From assembly GCA_964658305.1 (NCBI GenBank), contig OZ210885.1, forward strand, positions 4,464,001 to 4,528,000: 64,000 nt of DNA, given 5' to 3'. The notes beneath the pieces were generated by a model that was not told where the DNA came from, did not search any database, and was given only the letters and a program-made list of their open reading frames with translations. Positions 1 through 13,979 of the stretch are shown piece by piece. The position numbers were made by a program, and so were the translations under genes. Every line of letters begins with the position of its first letter. Within the stretch, counting starts at the first letter, position 1. The DNA comes from Leptogorgia sarmentosa (lineage: Eukaryota).

Positions 1-10
1 GTAAAATATG

Positions 11-274
11 TTAACAACGTATTGAATTGTTATAAACTAGGCAACCGTTATAATAGAAAGACTTCTTGACTGCTTCGAGCCTCACAGAAGGCAAGTATAA
101 AAGATCACTTCGAGTTGTTCTAGACATAACATCGCGATTATAGTAAAAATAGTTTGTTAACAACTGTGGCACTTTCTTAGCCAAGCATCGGTTTACTAAA
201 CATAAAACATGCATGTTTCTACTGTCTTCCAGGTAATTCAGTTTTAGTTGATGAATGTATACGCGATTGTACAC
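11..274 (-). pseudogene. 3' end of a CR1/L2-type LINE ORF2
   Basis: C-terminal motif LYLPSVRLEAVKKSFYYNG matches the LxLPxxRTxxxKKSFxYxG ending of the other LINEs in this window (48201, 52453). Confidence 0.65.
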
Positions 275-329
275 TGGTCGAACCCCCCCGGCACTGAAAC
301 CACACCAGAAGAAGGCCCTGAAGCAGCCA

Positions 330-641
330 ACATGGATGAATATTGATGAATTTTGCCCGATTTTTCTCGTCTGATTTTATGATTACCACGTCGCCAATCT
401 ACAACCCCATTGATTTCGTCCCTTTGGATTGGTTATGTCTTTCACGTAGCGCACACAAATACTCATTGGCCCATCTCGCCATACTTCATCCTTGCATCTT
501 GACTAAAATCTTGCTCTTCTGCATAGATCAGTTTCTTCAAGATGGTGAGGCTCAAGTTCTGGTAATGCGTTCGAACCGACAAACATAATTGAATTTGGAG
601 TTAGAGTTGGCATTTGAATATCTTCATCGACATAGCTGAGT
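330..641 (-). pseudogene. BEL/Pao post-integrase fragment
   Basis: Reads LSYVDEDIQMPTLTPN, then EYLCALRERH and VVIIKSDEKNR, the typical BEL/Pao C-terminal region; frameshifted. Confidence 0.6.
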
Positions 642-1884
642 ATATAACTGCATTTGCTCATTTTCACTCTGTTTTTAGATTTGAAATCATCTTTAAGAAA
701 GTTGAAGAGATATGTTTTATCCTTGGAAAAACATGAAATTAGATTCAGATCTAATTCACCAGCTCCTACATCATCCAATAACATAAGTAATTATGATCTG
801 TTATCTGTATACTGTCTTACAATAGGAAAAGATCTAAATTAATATTTTTACTATATTCTATAATAATTATAATATCGTTTATTTAATTATTCGCTGACTT
901 TTACTAAGGAATTTTATTCCGTTGCATGTCACTTGAAGTGTTTTTGTGGTAAAGAAGGTAGCTTCTACCCTTAAAGCCTCATAAAAATGAATTAATTGAA
1001 TGAGCATTTAGACTTAGAATATATGTTTTTCATGCTAATTATTTTTAGCAGAGGCAAAGTCAGTTAAACAATGAAGAGGAATGTGAAGAAAATGGATGTA
1101 TGCACAAAAGAGAAAACATTTTGTTGAAAGAAAAAATTAAATTATTTGAAAACGAAAATAAAAGTCTCAACGACGAAATAGATCATGGGAATGGTAACGT
1201 ATAGATGAGTAATTTATAATGATGTATAGTTTTGGTAGCTTTGCTTGTGTGTTTTCAATGTAGCTATGAGTGGCAACATTGCATTGCAACAGCCAAACGG
1301 TCACTTCTCCAGCCAGACACGGTGGATATGTTCGTTTTCTTGATCAAAAACTTGTGAACTTTTAAAACATTTTATTGTAAGCCCAAGGGACCTCTAATGT
1401 TTCGAATTAATCATAGCATATGCGTTCATATCGTGTTATCCATTATACAATTATTCAAATTTACGTTTAAACTTGTTCGTTGTTTTCATTCTTTTGAACG
1501 TTTCATAATTTTGACAAAGACTTCCAACTATATAGCAGTTATTGTAAAATATAGCGTACAGCACCTTAGCACAGTTGCGTTTCATCATGACAACCATTCA
1601 ATAAGAAATCTCGTTTTTAATGGAAAACTTCAGTGTGTCCGATCTTCAGAAAACGGTTTATTTTACTCAAAACCGCCAAAGCGTAGCTGTGATAGATAGT
1701 ACGGCACAGAACTGTGTTGGAAATCCAAACAGCTTGCTATATGTATATAACTGCATTTGCTCATTTTCACTCTGTTTTTAGATTTGAAATCATCTTTAAG
1801 AAAGTTGAAGAGATATGTTTTATCCTTGGAAAAACATGAAATTAGATTCAGATCTAATTCACTAGCTCCTTACATCATCCAATA
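642..1884 (+). repeat. Dispersed direct repeat of about 140 bp (642-780 and 1745-1884)
   Basis: Near-identical copies of ATATAACTGCATTTGCTC...ACATCATCCAATA; each contains a polypyrimidine-AG acceptor-like site. Confidence 0.9.
1268..1358 (+). pseudogene. hAT transposase C-terminal dimerization-domain remnant
   Basis: TAKRSLLQPDTVDMFVFLIKNL* fits the hAT end consensus KRxxLxPxxVxxLVFLxxN. Confidence 0.6.
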
Positions 1885-2902
1885 CCTCAAAGTCATCTAA
1901 AGTGTCGGCCGAAGAAAGAAATGCACCTATTGCATCAAGAAAATCTGCCTTTGTGCCAGTGCATGAGAATACAGAGGCTGTGCTACAAAATAATTTCTGA
2001 GAAAGAACCTGTGGAAGGCATTGGGCCTGTCCCTTCACCACCGCCATCAAATACAATGACAGAACCAGAATCAAATTTATCTGCAGAATTGGTGTGTAGT
2101 GTTTATCTTATGCTAGATATATATCAACTTAATTTTTACATATCATATATCTTATCATGCCGTACACCACGATAGATCAATAATTGGCCCAATAAAAGAA
2201 TGTTGTAAATTTCTTTCAGGTGACATTGGGTCCAAAACTTGTTTTAAGTAGTGCTAAATTGAAGAAAATAAAGCAAAAAAAAGTTAGCTTGTATGTTGCC
2301 AGCTTAATGGGGGCTACGCTATCGCGGGAAAAAATGGCTACCCACAGTTACAAGGTCAAGGTTAGGGTTGTAGACTTTTGTGGCAGAAGTTGTGTGATAT
2401 GTAAACATACATACTGTGCTTTGGATGCACAATAATATTGTAACCGGCACTATTAGTAAAACATTCATTTTTTTTTTCTAGAGCATGCGAAAGCAGTAAA
2501 ATATCCATATTTGGAACGTCAAGTTATTGACGAAGATGTTATTAAAGCGATAAAATTCAAACCAACAATGAAGATAAAGCATGGAAGAAGCAAAAGGAGC
2601 ATTATGAGTAACATTATGATATAACATTTCCTACCGTTTGAGTTGACTCTTGTGTAATGTTTATAAGCATTTTTTGTTATTTGCATTTTTTCATATTTTT
2701 TGTTGTTTAAAATATGGATAATCTAATATAGCTATACATGCAATTATCCAAAATTATTACAATATGACATATACATAAATATGTATTTAAAAAACTATAG
2801 TTAATTTTACTAAAGTTTATATTAACTATACTATTTATAATTATATAGTTTTTGAATCTGTTGTATTTTACTATAGTTTTAAGTTATATGCTATGAAACT
2901 AT

Positions 2903-3014
2903 TTCCAGGTTTCCAAACGCGCAGCTTTTACAAAACGCTCAGGTTTCCAAACGCTCAGCTTTTTCAAAACGCTCAGGTTTCAAAAGGCTCAGGTTTTTCA
3001 AAACGCTCAGGTTT
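2903..3014 (+). repeat. Minisatellite AAACGCTCAG(G/C)TTT
   Basis: About six degenerate 17-20 bp units. Confidence 0.85.
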
Positions 3015-3605
3015 GTATTAAATGTGTAACCAGCCCAATCAAGCGTTTGAACTGGCCACCCCACCGTGGTGCTCTCCTAAGGTTGAATTGCCAATGGATG
3101 TCCTTTGTAGCCAACAGGTTTTGGAGCCTTTCGTCCTTTTGTACCAACTTTAACCATTGTGAGGCGGCCAAAAAGGTTTTTCCGTTGTCGAAATAGATTT
3201 TGTCCGGTCTTCCTTTTCTTGCAATGAATCCTTTCACACTCTTTATGAACTCACTGGTTGATGTATGCCTTTGCTTCTGTCTTGTTTCCTTTCTTGTACC
3301 TTAGTGGTCCCGCAAAGTCCACTCTGATCATTTGGAATGGGCAACTTCCTTCTGTCTGATCGCGTGGGAGCATCCCCGGTACAGGAATGGAATGGCATGG
3401 AATCTACGGCAGCCATAACATTTCTTGATGGCTTTCCGAGCAAGTCGGCAAAGTCTTGGAATCCAGTATTTCTCTCGAATGTGAGCCATGGTCATTCCCA
3501 CTCCCACTCCCTCATGTAGGGTGCGCATATGGCCTTGTTCGACCAGCTTTATCGTAAAAGGATGTGTATCTGGTAAAAATATGGGGTAATCGCCTTGAAT
3601 TCTTC
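3007..3605 (-). pseudogene. BEL/Pao integrase fragment
   Basis: Zinc-binding H..H..CxxC, then FIARKGRPDKIYFDNGKTF and APRWGGQFKRLI; broken frames. Confidence 0.85.
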
Positions 3606-3669
3606 TATGACATACTAACACTCCCTGTTCGTTTGGTGTTTGTCAAGAGCTCGCCGGAACAAAAAGCGA

Positions 3670-5162
3670 AGTTGTGGTGGGTACCACAACTTAGATCAAA
3701 AGTAAAGAAGTTAATCCACAAATGCAATATCTGCAAGTTGTATTCCACGAAGCCTTGTGGTTCACCATTGACGAGCAACATGCCCAGCTTTAGAACAGAA
3801 ACAGGCAAAGCATTCGAAGTCACAGGGGTTGATTTTGCCGGGCCCATAAGATACAAGATCGCAAAGAATAAAGAAGGAAAATGTTACATATTAATCTTCA
3901 CATGTGCAGCATCTCGTCCGATGCACTTGGAACTAACTAAGAGTCAAGAAGCGGAGGAGTTCCAAAGAAAGCTCAATTTTTTCATCGGACGAAAATGCAG
4001 GCCTCGATTAATGATATCAGACAATGCAGCGACATTTAAAACGACTGCAAAACTAATCAAAGTTATAAGGAAGAGCGAGAAGTTACACGATTTCCTAGCA
4101 ACACAAGATATACACTGGAGATTTAACCTTGCCAGATCTCCATGGTGGGGAGGCATCTATGAGAGATTGATTCGTGAAATAAAGAAGACCTTGTACAAGA
4201 CCCTAGGAAGATTGCACCTTTCATTCGAGAATTTAGAAATGGTTCTTATGGATATTGAAATTAATATGAACAATCGTCCCTTAACCTACGTAGAAAGTGA
4301 GAGTGGGAGGAAGAAGTGCTGACGTCAAATGTTCTGATCCGAGGAAAAAAAACTTATCTTTTGAATGACTTAGAGAACGATGCTGACGAGCTTACGAAGA
4401 TGCAGAGGAGGGTCGTTAAGGCAAAGAACGGCGCTTGGAAAAGATGGCAATGGGAATACATACACAGCGTAATGGAGAGCCAACGAATAACAGAGTAAAT
4501 GGAAAGCCAGTTTGCCCGCCTGAAGTAGGAAAATTAGTTTTAGTTGTGGGAGAAGAAAATAATCGGATTGAATGGAAGAAAGGAAAGTGGTTCGACAAGT
4601 AAAAGGCAAGGATGCTGTGGTGCGTGGTGTGGTGCTGTCTCACAAGGGTCACACTATCGAAAGACCACTACAGTTGGTGTATGTCCACTAGAAATTCGAT
4701 GCACAATGCAAGTAGAAGAATGACAGAACGAAAAGAAACGCGAGGTTGAACCGCAAAGCCTAAGAAAGAAGAGAGGGGAAGCAATGGAAGCAAGAAAGAA
4801 AATACGAGAACGAGGACATTTGACATTTAGTTGAAGTTATAAAAATTAAGTTTAAATTTTTAGGGGAGTAGTATACGGGAACGTTATACAACAGGGGGGC
4901 GGGGCAAGTCTAAATATAGAAATAAGTAATATAGGAGGGCTTTTTGTGAGAGACAGAACTCAACAACGTTGTGAGTTTTGGGAGGATTTATAAATTTTAG
5001 TTTGTAAGTTTATTTTTGGTTTATATTTTGAAATATATAGTATACTTGGGAGCGTGTGATGAGTTCGGTATAGTGGGATAGACTTTTGTAGAATTCGTGT
5101 ATTTTCCCTGGGTTAGATCCGTTGATTACTAGTAGGTTTATGACTTCCCCGATATAGGCGTT
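3670..5162 (+). mobile_element. BEL/Pao 3' part: integrase, post-integrase region, polypurine tract and LTR (about 4906-5162)
   Basis: [26 protein letters not shown] and NNRPLT motifs; GGGGGGCGGGG tract before the LTR; close paralog at 41272-42660. Confidence 0.9.
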
Positions 5163-5164
5163 TA

Positions 5165-5861
5165 TAATCTCGCTTGTTTTCCCCTATTCACTCTTTAGAA
5201 TGTTCTTAGCTCTTTCGTACCCTTCCGTGCTGAACGCTAGACCCTCTATTTCTGATTGTACGTTGGGTTATAGTAATTCTTTCAGATATCCAAACTTCGA
5301 CGCCGATGGCAAATTGGTTGAGACTATTTCGGCTTCAAAGGTGTTCCAAAAGGATAACCACTCGGAAAATTTTCCGTTGAATTTGGTGATGGAGAGTTTT
5401 GGCAATTTCACGTTTTTCACGAGATTCTCTTTAGAATTTTCTACGTTCGATTCTCGAGCTTTTTCGAACTTCATTTGTTGCTGCAGGATCACATCTTGGT
5501 GCTCTAATTCTCGTTTACGTTCTTCCTCTTTGTGTTTGCGCTCGGGTTCAATTCCCACTTTCTCGATTTCGATCTGCTTTTCTGTTTCTGCGTTGATCGC
5601 TTTACGTCTCGTCTCTTCGTGTGACTTTTCAAAGTACACACATGCAAATTCATGTCTTTCTTACGCGCAGGTCTTGATTAATCTGTTGCTGATTCATATG
5701 TGTTCCATTACTTTACGTTTGTTTTGGATGCGAAGGTACCAGGTTATTATACTGCGATTTTGTTTCCTATTAATTTCTATGACTATATATAAGTAAATAT
5801 AAAGGTTACTGATAAGGTTATACAAGGGTATATTGTTTACTTTAATCGAACGTCTCCGACA
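5165..5861 (-). mobile_element. BEL/Pao 5' remnant: short LTR, PBS and gag fragment
   Basis: VKLPKLSITKFNG..WLSFWNTF..KFGYLKELL gag motif; minus-strand TGGTACCTTCG PBS-like site near 5740; LTR-like segment starting TGTCGGAG at 5861. Confidence 0.7.
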
Positions 5862-6010
5862 CAAGCTCCCGAAGGTTGTTCTAAAAGGATTTCAAACTAC
5901 TGAGATTTTCTTGGGATACAATAACCAAAACTAAGAAACTTGGATCTAGCAGTTTTGGTTCGGTGTATCTGGCTACACATGGTAGCAATTCGCAAAGTGT
6001 CATGATCATG

Positions 6011-6305
6011 AAACTAAAAAATACATAATAAACACTCGCAGACGCGCTTCATAAAAGAGGCGAGATGAGGACACAAACTCACATTCCATATCAATAAACT
6101 GCAGAAAGTCTGCGAGAGAACTCACAGTTTTCTCCACTCCAAAGTAACCGAAACTCGAGTATTGCATGCATCATTACCGAGTACGGCTCACTGCAAAACC
6201 TTAAAAAATAAAAACGAGCTCGTATTGCGGCGGCCTTTGACGCTATTTAGAATTCTCGCCTCTTATGAAGCGTGTCTGGGAGTCGATAGATGTATTTTTT
6301 AGTTT
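6011..6305. mobile_element. MITE-like element with imperfect inverted arms of about 55 bp
   Basis: AAACTAAAAAATACAT..GCTTCATAAAAGAGGCGAGA pairs with TCTCGCCTCTTATGAAGCG..ATGTATTTTTTAGTTT. Confidence 0.6.
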
Positions 6306-6374
6306 CTTGACCTATATGAAACCTAGGTCTACTAACTGTGATGAAACAAACCAGTGCTATATGATATAATCGAC

Positions 6375-8354
6375 GGGTAGGGATAAAACGCGGAACCGGG
6401 ACGTGGAACCGGTATGCGGAAACGGAATGCGGAACTGGAATACGGAGCAGGAATTGGGTATAAAACGCGGAATTGGGGATAAAACGCGGAATAGCCGTGG
6501 TAATGGCTTTTATATTTTCGCTCTATATACCCATTGTTACACCCGGTTCATGCTCATTACATTACACATTAATACATTATAACATAACACAACACAAAAC
6601 ACCAGTGTTATAAATGTGATCATCACGTTGCCGTGCCTAAATACAAAAGTATACAAAGTTCGCAAACTTTAAATGACTATATTTTCCGCATTTTGCGTTA
6701 TTAATTTTTTGTAATCAAATTTAACAATTCGAAAGTGCATCTGAAAGGGGCAAAGTCCATTCGTGACTGCCCACTCTTATAATCTCTCATCCTTGTTTGA
6801 CCGGGTCTTTAGAACGCCACAGAAGCGTGCTTTACAAATAACAATAGTGTGTACTTTGAAAAGTCAAAGGTATAACATAACACAACATAAATTTCAATGA
6901 GTTAGTACAAGTTTGCATGGGCACATGCCTATACCATGATGCATTTAAGGTTTCAATAAAACCCCAAGCTTCGAAGGAAGTGAAAATGTTCTGGCCTTAG
7001 GTGCTGTGCAGCATTTCTCTCTATTTTGCCATCCGAATCATAAAATAGGGTTGTTTCCTTTTGACGCAATTCAAATTTAAATGGAACTATACGTTTCCTC
7101 GTTTACTTTTAAGTTTGCCTGTAATGGGTCGAAATAACTTCTCTCCATTTTTGACGTAATTGTGAGGTCATGTGGAGGGTTGGGAATGTCACCGGGTAGC
7201 CAATCGGTGGTTGTGGTGTCACATTAAGCTGCTGCGTTGTGTTCGATGCAGGATTAACTGGTGGGCAAGTCAAAACGTGCGAGGGATGTACTAGACGTGG
7301 CTGCACTGGATTTCCACTTCCCGAATAACTTGACAGATTATTGCAATGGGGTGTAAATATCGCAGGAACTGTTGAATTAGCTGCAGCATTCAGTAGAAGT
7401 GGTTCTGCTCTAAACCCGATCCAGTCCACAACAACTGCTGGCGGGGCTTTTTCAGCATTTCTCCCTCCCTTGCGCACACTGGTGGCATTTCTCCTTTTTT
7501 TGCCAACGCTTTTGGCGGTATCGCAAGTCATTAATCTTGTTAAGTTTACTCTCTTAAGGCCGTTTGTCTTGAACCATGGTATAAATTTAGCTGTCACACC
7601 AAGCTTTTTTTTTTGCCAACGCTTTTGGCGGTATCGCAAGTCATAAATCTTGTTAAGTTTACTCTCTTAAGGCCGTTTGTCTTGAACCATGGTATAAATT
7701 TAGCTGTCACACCAAGCTTTTCTGCCGCCGCTAATGAGTGTGCACAGAGGTTTCCTGCTTTCCAACTCGGGCAGTCACTGCAAGATACCTTTCCATTTTT
7801 CTACACGGTGACATGATGGGGGGTCTAGGAGACGTATCACTTTCAACCATGAAAGTGGTGTTGCCTGCCGAACCAGGGGCTTTTGCAACTGCGACATGTG
7901 TTGCAATATGGTCGGATCAACGGATGTTATGCCTGCGTTGAGCAAATCAAAAGATTTGTGGTCTGGATTCTGCATTGGTGTAGCTGAGCTTGTGGTTGCA
8001 GTGGCGTTGATAACGTGGCTGTTTGACACTCTTGCACTACGAAATTTTTTTTACGCAAGCTTCCTGAGCCCCTTTTTTTTGAAACCACTCATCTTGTGGT
8101 ACTTCTAAATATAAAAACGTTGGCGTTAAACAGTATGGACCATGGTTCAGGATCGCAGAGTCAACATCCTTCTTCTGGCGCATAACCAAAATACTCATTT
8201 CCTGACAGAACTTAGTCATCTCTCTTTCTTCGAATTGAACGCCGCGTTTAATCACAGCATTGATGGACTCCGGAATGTTGTTGTAATAAGCAGTAGGGGG
8301 TCTCCACAGGCCTGCATGTTCATGAGCTGCTTTGAGCATAGACTGAGTGATCAT
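6375..8354 (-). mobile_element. Decayed DNA transposon end with possible MULE-like transposase fragment (8037-8354)
   Basis: Terminus GGGTAGGGATAAAACGCGGA with subterminal GCGGAA repeats; YNNIPESINAVIK resembles the NxxESxN catalytic-E motif of Mutator-type transposases. Confidence 0.45.
7497..7722 (+). repeat. Tandem duplication, period 113 bp
   Basis: TGCCAACGCTTTTGGCGG...CACACCAAGCTTT starts at both 7501 and 7614. Confidence 0.9.
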
Positions 8355-8689
8355 TTCTTTCTAAAGTGAATAGAATTAATGACAAACATATTAGCACATG
8401 AATGGGGTGATGGAGTTACCTGTACTATAAATCGCAGGGATTAATATTCTAGGCAAAAACAGAATTTCAGCACTTAAAAACGGGATTAGTGAATATCCTA
8501 TTACCCGGCATCTAGTTGCTTTGCTTACAAGCGACTTTCATATGTTAGTTTCGTTTCTTTGAATAACCCTATAATCATCAATGCTAACGAGCCTAACATT
8601 GTACCCACCCTTTCCATGATGTAGCTGTAGACGATATCGGTGCCAGAAGTGGGTGACAGCCTGTTCTCAAGTCATACTTATGTATATTA

Positions 8690-11600
8690 GTTTTACAAAT
8701 CAACCTCTTACATGGATGATTTTCTGAATTTAATATGTTATCGTATTCTTTGCTTGTTGGCAGTTTCTTCTTGATTCAAGCGTCTCGATTCCACCTCTTG
8801 GCAAGCCAATGATATCCAAGCAGCGGTTTTGTACTCTTTCGATATCCTCCTTTGGGCAATTTGGTAGGCCAGCCCAAATTGGTGCTGCATATTCGAGTAT
8901 GGGTTTTATTTTTGTGCAATAGGTTGTTGTTAATGCTATATCGCTTGGAAGATTTGCTTTCTTGCAGGACCTCACGAAATAAATTCTTTTACTTTCCTTC
9001 TTAACAATATCTTGTACATGTGACTTCCATTTAAGGTCATTTTGCATGGTAACCCCAAGGAGTTTGAATTTTGTAACTCTTTCAATCATTTCGTTGCCAA
9101 TGCAGATATTGGGGGAGCTGGATTTGACTTCGAAAAACCTATCCACATAACGTTTGTCTTATCAGCATTCAACTCCATTTTATTTTGGGTAGCCCAGTCT
9201 ACCAGAAAGTTTACTACTTCCTGCATTTTACTGTTTGCTCCCCTGGAAACAAGCTCATATTGGCTATAATCATCGGCATACTTACACATGGTTGTTGGGA
9301 GTTCGTTTGGGATACAATCTTCCATGTCATTGATATAGATGTTAAATAGTGTGGAGGAGATAACAGTCCCGTGGGGGACACCAGCCGGTACTACTTCCAC
9401 TCTGGAAAGGATATCTAAGAATTTAACTTGCTGTGTCTGATTGGTCAGAAAACTCTGACACCATAACCAGAATGATTTATTTACACTCATACTTCCCAAT
9501 TTCGTTAGTAGGATCTCATGGTCAACCAGGTCGAACGCTTTCCGGAAATCTATAAACAACACATGTACACCGTCATTTGGGCTGTCTTTATCTGTGGCGT
9601 CAAACCAATCTTGACTCATGCTAGTCAGAGCGCTAACTGTTGATCTACCCCTCGTAAACACGTGCTGGTTGGTTTTAATTTAAGATCAGCTTGGTTTAGC
9701 TTTGATTGTATCTTCTCCAAGACTTTTGCGACTTGCAGTAGGATTGAGATCTGCCTGAAATCAGTACTTAAATCCTCAGAATTGTTTACTTTCGGAATGG
9801 GATTGATCAGAGCATGTTTATAAGGGGTTGGTTATTTACATTGGAGGATACTGGCGCAGATAACTTCGTGAATACACAGGGCTAATTCTTCATAGAAACG
9901 CTTTAGTACCCAAGCAGGTATACCTTCTTAGGATTTAGTAGTTTTAATATTGTTTTAACTTGTCCGATGCTTGGTAATAGCAGTTTATGATCTTTAATTC
10001 CTACGTCCGTGACACTGGCAGTTAATGAATTTGGTACTCAGTTAGCCCAAAGAGCAATAAATGCATCAAGTAACTTATTCGCCATTGATTCTGATTCTGT
10101 TTGTGTTGTTTGTATTGGTATGGATGAGTACTGTTTTTCGGCTCCACATAATGAGTAAATACACTTAAACCACTTCCTTGGATTGGAGAAGTGAGTAGAA
10201 CTTGCTTTATTCTCATAGTACCTTTGTTTAGCTTTCGTGATTAGATTAGCAACTTTAGCACAGTCTCTTATATTCATATTTGTTTCCTTTGGTAAATGCT
10301 TTTTATCTTGCCTTAATTTGGTTGGGTCTTGATATATGGCGTCATCCATTCTTTATCATTTGGGTGTATACATACACCCTTTGCTGGAGTATAGGTATCT
10401 AACATACTTCCGATGATTTCATTAAAACATTGAATCTTATCGCCCACATCATTTGCATCATAGACATCCTCCCAGTTTTCGAGTTAAGTGCGAGGCCTAG
10501 CTTTCTTTTCCCGGATTTAATGGGGTGAGAAGGACACATTGATGGTCGGATCGGCCCAAAGGAGGGAGATGTTGTACTTTGTTATAAAGTTTGGACATGT
10601 TCATGACAAGTTGATCCAGAGTATTTGAACCACGTGTAGGGGCAAGAACTGTCTTTCGTAAATTAAATCTTTGACAGATTTGACTTGGGTTCAGATGATT
10701 AAAGTCCCCAGTTACTACTATAGCCGCTGCTGGCCTTTCCTTAAGTATAGAGTCAAGACATTTAGTTATATAATCGGTGAATTCTTTAGCTTCATTTGCT
10801 GACTTACTCGGGGGAAAGTATATTCCAGCAGTTATTATGCAGCTATAAGGTCTGCACATTCTGGTTGGGTTGTGTAAGAGCCAGAGCACTTCCATATCAT
10901 TTATCTCAAGATGGCAAAGTCTTTTGGTAGGTATGGAATTATGTACATAGGCTAAGATGCCACCACCTGGAGTAGATCTATCTTTGCGATATATATTAAA
11001 AGATTTTCCAATATTTACCACCGACTAGGGGATATTATCTGATAGCCAGGATTCCGTTACAATGGTGATATCAGCGTTATTTAGTTCAATAACACTGGCA
11101 AGTTCGTCAACTTTGTTTGTTATGTGACATGCATTAGTTACAAGAAACGAAGGGATTTTTTTACATAATTTTGGAGCCACCGTTTTCATGAATACAGTTT
11201 GAAGGAACATGTCCCCTGACCTTGTCACTATCGCTGATGTACTGTCTAATGTAAATTGGGGGTGGGGAGTTCTCTAATAGTAATAATTCTCTAGTGGTAC
11301 AATTGCATGAGGTGACCCGGACGGGTATTTTTTGCTCCTTGTTACACAGGATACTACACTCAGTTGGACTAACCACTCCAGGGAGTAATGACGATAACCT
11401 GTCCGGTATGAGGGGATATTGTAACAGCAATCTCGAAAAGGACGACGAGAAAGATTGGTGCAATGTTCCTGCGACTTCACGCGATCCGCAGGTGGCAAAA
11501 ACTGGCCGTAATTACAATTTGCTGGCCCAGGAACTGGGTCCAAGTCTGAAGGACCTAATGCAGGAAAAGACTCCTACGAGTGCAGACCAACCTCTTTACC

Positions 11601-12610
11601 AGGCTGAGGAACCAACTGACTATTCACAGCATTCATGTTATGGTCAATAATCCTCATCGCTGTGTTGTTGTATGCAAATTTGATTGCTCAGGCTTAACTG
11701 GTCATTGTCTTCGATAATAACAACATCATCTACCTCACCGCTGTACTGTTGTATGCATCTTTGGTCATCTGAACTCAGCTCTTCGCGCACACCTATAACT
11801 TCATTTTCAGACGGGAGTAAAACTAGCTGGTGTGGGATTTCAAGAAGTGTTTTCACTGACTCCTCATCAGGCTCATCTTCGTAAATTTGAAATCCGTCAT
11901 CGCACTCCTCGGCAATTTCCCCATTATTAGGAAGATTAACATCTTTGGCAAAACCCATTGAACCGCTTTGATATATATTTATTTTGTCAATTTCTTGCTG
12001 GAGGCGTTCAACTGCTCGTTCTAAAAGTCTATTTTGTATCTTCTCCTCTTCTAAGTCCAATTTCAATAATGTTATTTCGTTATATAAGTCGCCAACCTCC
12101 GAAGTTATTGGGCGTCTCTGAGAATCCACCAAGACTTGTAAAGAGTCCATTTTACTTTTCAAAATGTCCAACTCCAAAATTATATTTTCAAGACCCTCAT
12201 AACAGTCGATACGACAACCACTACAAAGCTTTATTAAACATTCCTTTGCTAGCTCGCCAGTACTGCCGCTAAATGTTAACGTGTTGTGTTTACCAGGGTA
12301 CCAAATAACTCGAAATTCAGCACTGGAAGTTTCAAAACATTTTGAACTGCCTCCTGGATCTCTCCATTTTCCTTGTTGACAAAAGGCAGATTCGATAAAT
12401 ACTTTCAAGGGTTCGTAGTTATCGCACCATTTCACCCTTGTTCCATCATATACAATCTTCGCAGACTTTATACACTCATTTATTTTAACAAAATCCCAGC
12501 AGACATTAGATTTGTTTGTAATTTTGTTGGAGCTTCCCAGAGCATTACTATCCGCCATCATATATTATTATTATTAGTATTGAGCATTACTATCCGCCAT
12601 CATATATTAT
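8690..12610 (-). mobile_element. Near full-length degenerate LINE (CR1/L2 group): ORF1 11644-12561, APE-RT ORF2 about 8730-11228
   Basis: APE motifs VTESWL, GDFN and SDH; RT motifs DFRKAFD, GVPHGT and YADD; coiled-coil ORF1; many frameshifts. Confidence 0.9.
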
Positions 12611-12699
12611 TGATGCAGCATTAATGATTCCGCCTTTTTCTTCATGTACGGTGCGATATGCCTCTAATTAGGTTTAGGTTTCAAGGCCCCGCCGGCACT

Positions 12700-13785
12700 G
12701 TCTGATTCTGGATTTTTCTTCTCTACTTCTCCAGGTTTGCTCGATTCTGTGACAACTGAGTTATTACTGGCTACCAATTCGCTAACTTGCGCTATATCTT
12801 CTGTCTCTAGAACTGGGACTTCATCTTGGCTTGTACTGTTTGACTCAACATTATTGCCCCCACATGGATATTATGGTCACTATCTATATTCGATTGTTCA
12901 TGAATCTGTTCACTCTGTTCGCCGTTTAAAGACATTGCGTTAGCGTTATGGGGCATGGAGATGGACTGAAGGAAGTCTTCTACTATTTCTTCAATGTCAT
13001 ATAAACAGCGCCGGATTAACCCATCACTGGGCCGGGGACAAAAAAAAAGTAAAGGGCCGAAATTTGGAGAATATGAAAACATGAAACATATATGTAATCA
13101 AATTGAAAGTCTTGTCCATTATATCGTCAAGACCTATAATATGCATGAACATAGGGAATAGCATTTTAATGTTAAAGTGGCATTTACCACTTCGACATTG
13201 ACTTAGGTGAGTCTAGTATTTCGTGTTCAATGCTAAGTAGATTGAGGTTGCAATCTCATCGTTGTCTATAGACGCAGATAATTCTTGAGTGATTTGGGAC
13301 TCTAAAACTTCTTGGCTTTCAATTGGCCTATTTTTAATGAAAATGTATGTAGTTGCTTTCAATTGGCACAGTAACTGAAATTTTTTAAACATTGTTTTTC
13401 TTGGGCCGGTAAATAAGCTTTTGAGCTGGGCCAGGGGCAAATGCCCCCATTGCCCCCTAGATAATCCGGCACTGCATATAAATCGTTTTTCAAAACATCT
13501 TCCCAGTCATCCATGGCTGCTGTTTGCGTTTCATCGGCATATTCGTACATGTCTGCATGACACTCATGCGCTAGCTCAAAGTCTTTACGAACTTGAACAA
13601 TCTCTTTCTCGATTCGTTTGCGCATCTCAGCACCTTGGTCAATAAACTTCTTAACTCTATTTATTGATCTGGTAATCTTACCTCTGAGTTGAGTGCGCTT
13701 TTTCTTTAGGTCAACTTTTACCTTTGTCGCTAGCTCACCGACACTCTGCGCCGCACTTTGGGACGTTTCTATGATGCGCCGAACA
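12700..13785 (-). pseudogene. LTR-retrotransposon gag N-terminal remnant split by a MITE
   Basis: ...DDWEDVLKNDLY joins DIEEIVEDFLQS once 13006-13474 is removed; starts with a KKRTQLRGKITR-type motif. Confidence 0.5.
13006..13474. mobile_element. hAT-type MITE
   Basis: TIR CAG(C/T)GCCGGATTA; 8-bp TSD CATATAAA at 12998-13005 and 13475-13482. Confidence 0.92.
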
Positions 13786-13979
13786 TTTCTTTATTCCTAT
13801 CGTGAATGAAATTATTCGCATTGAATTTCATTTATTCGCATTGCGAATTTCATCAAATTAATCATATTGTGTACTAGATAGATTACATATGAATTTAGTT
13901 TTATTCCCATTAAGGTGATTGCAATTTGGGCGATTACATTCACCAAAATCTAGCTTACATAAACATATTTATTCTGCAG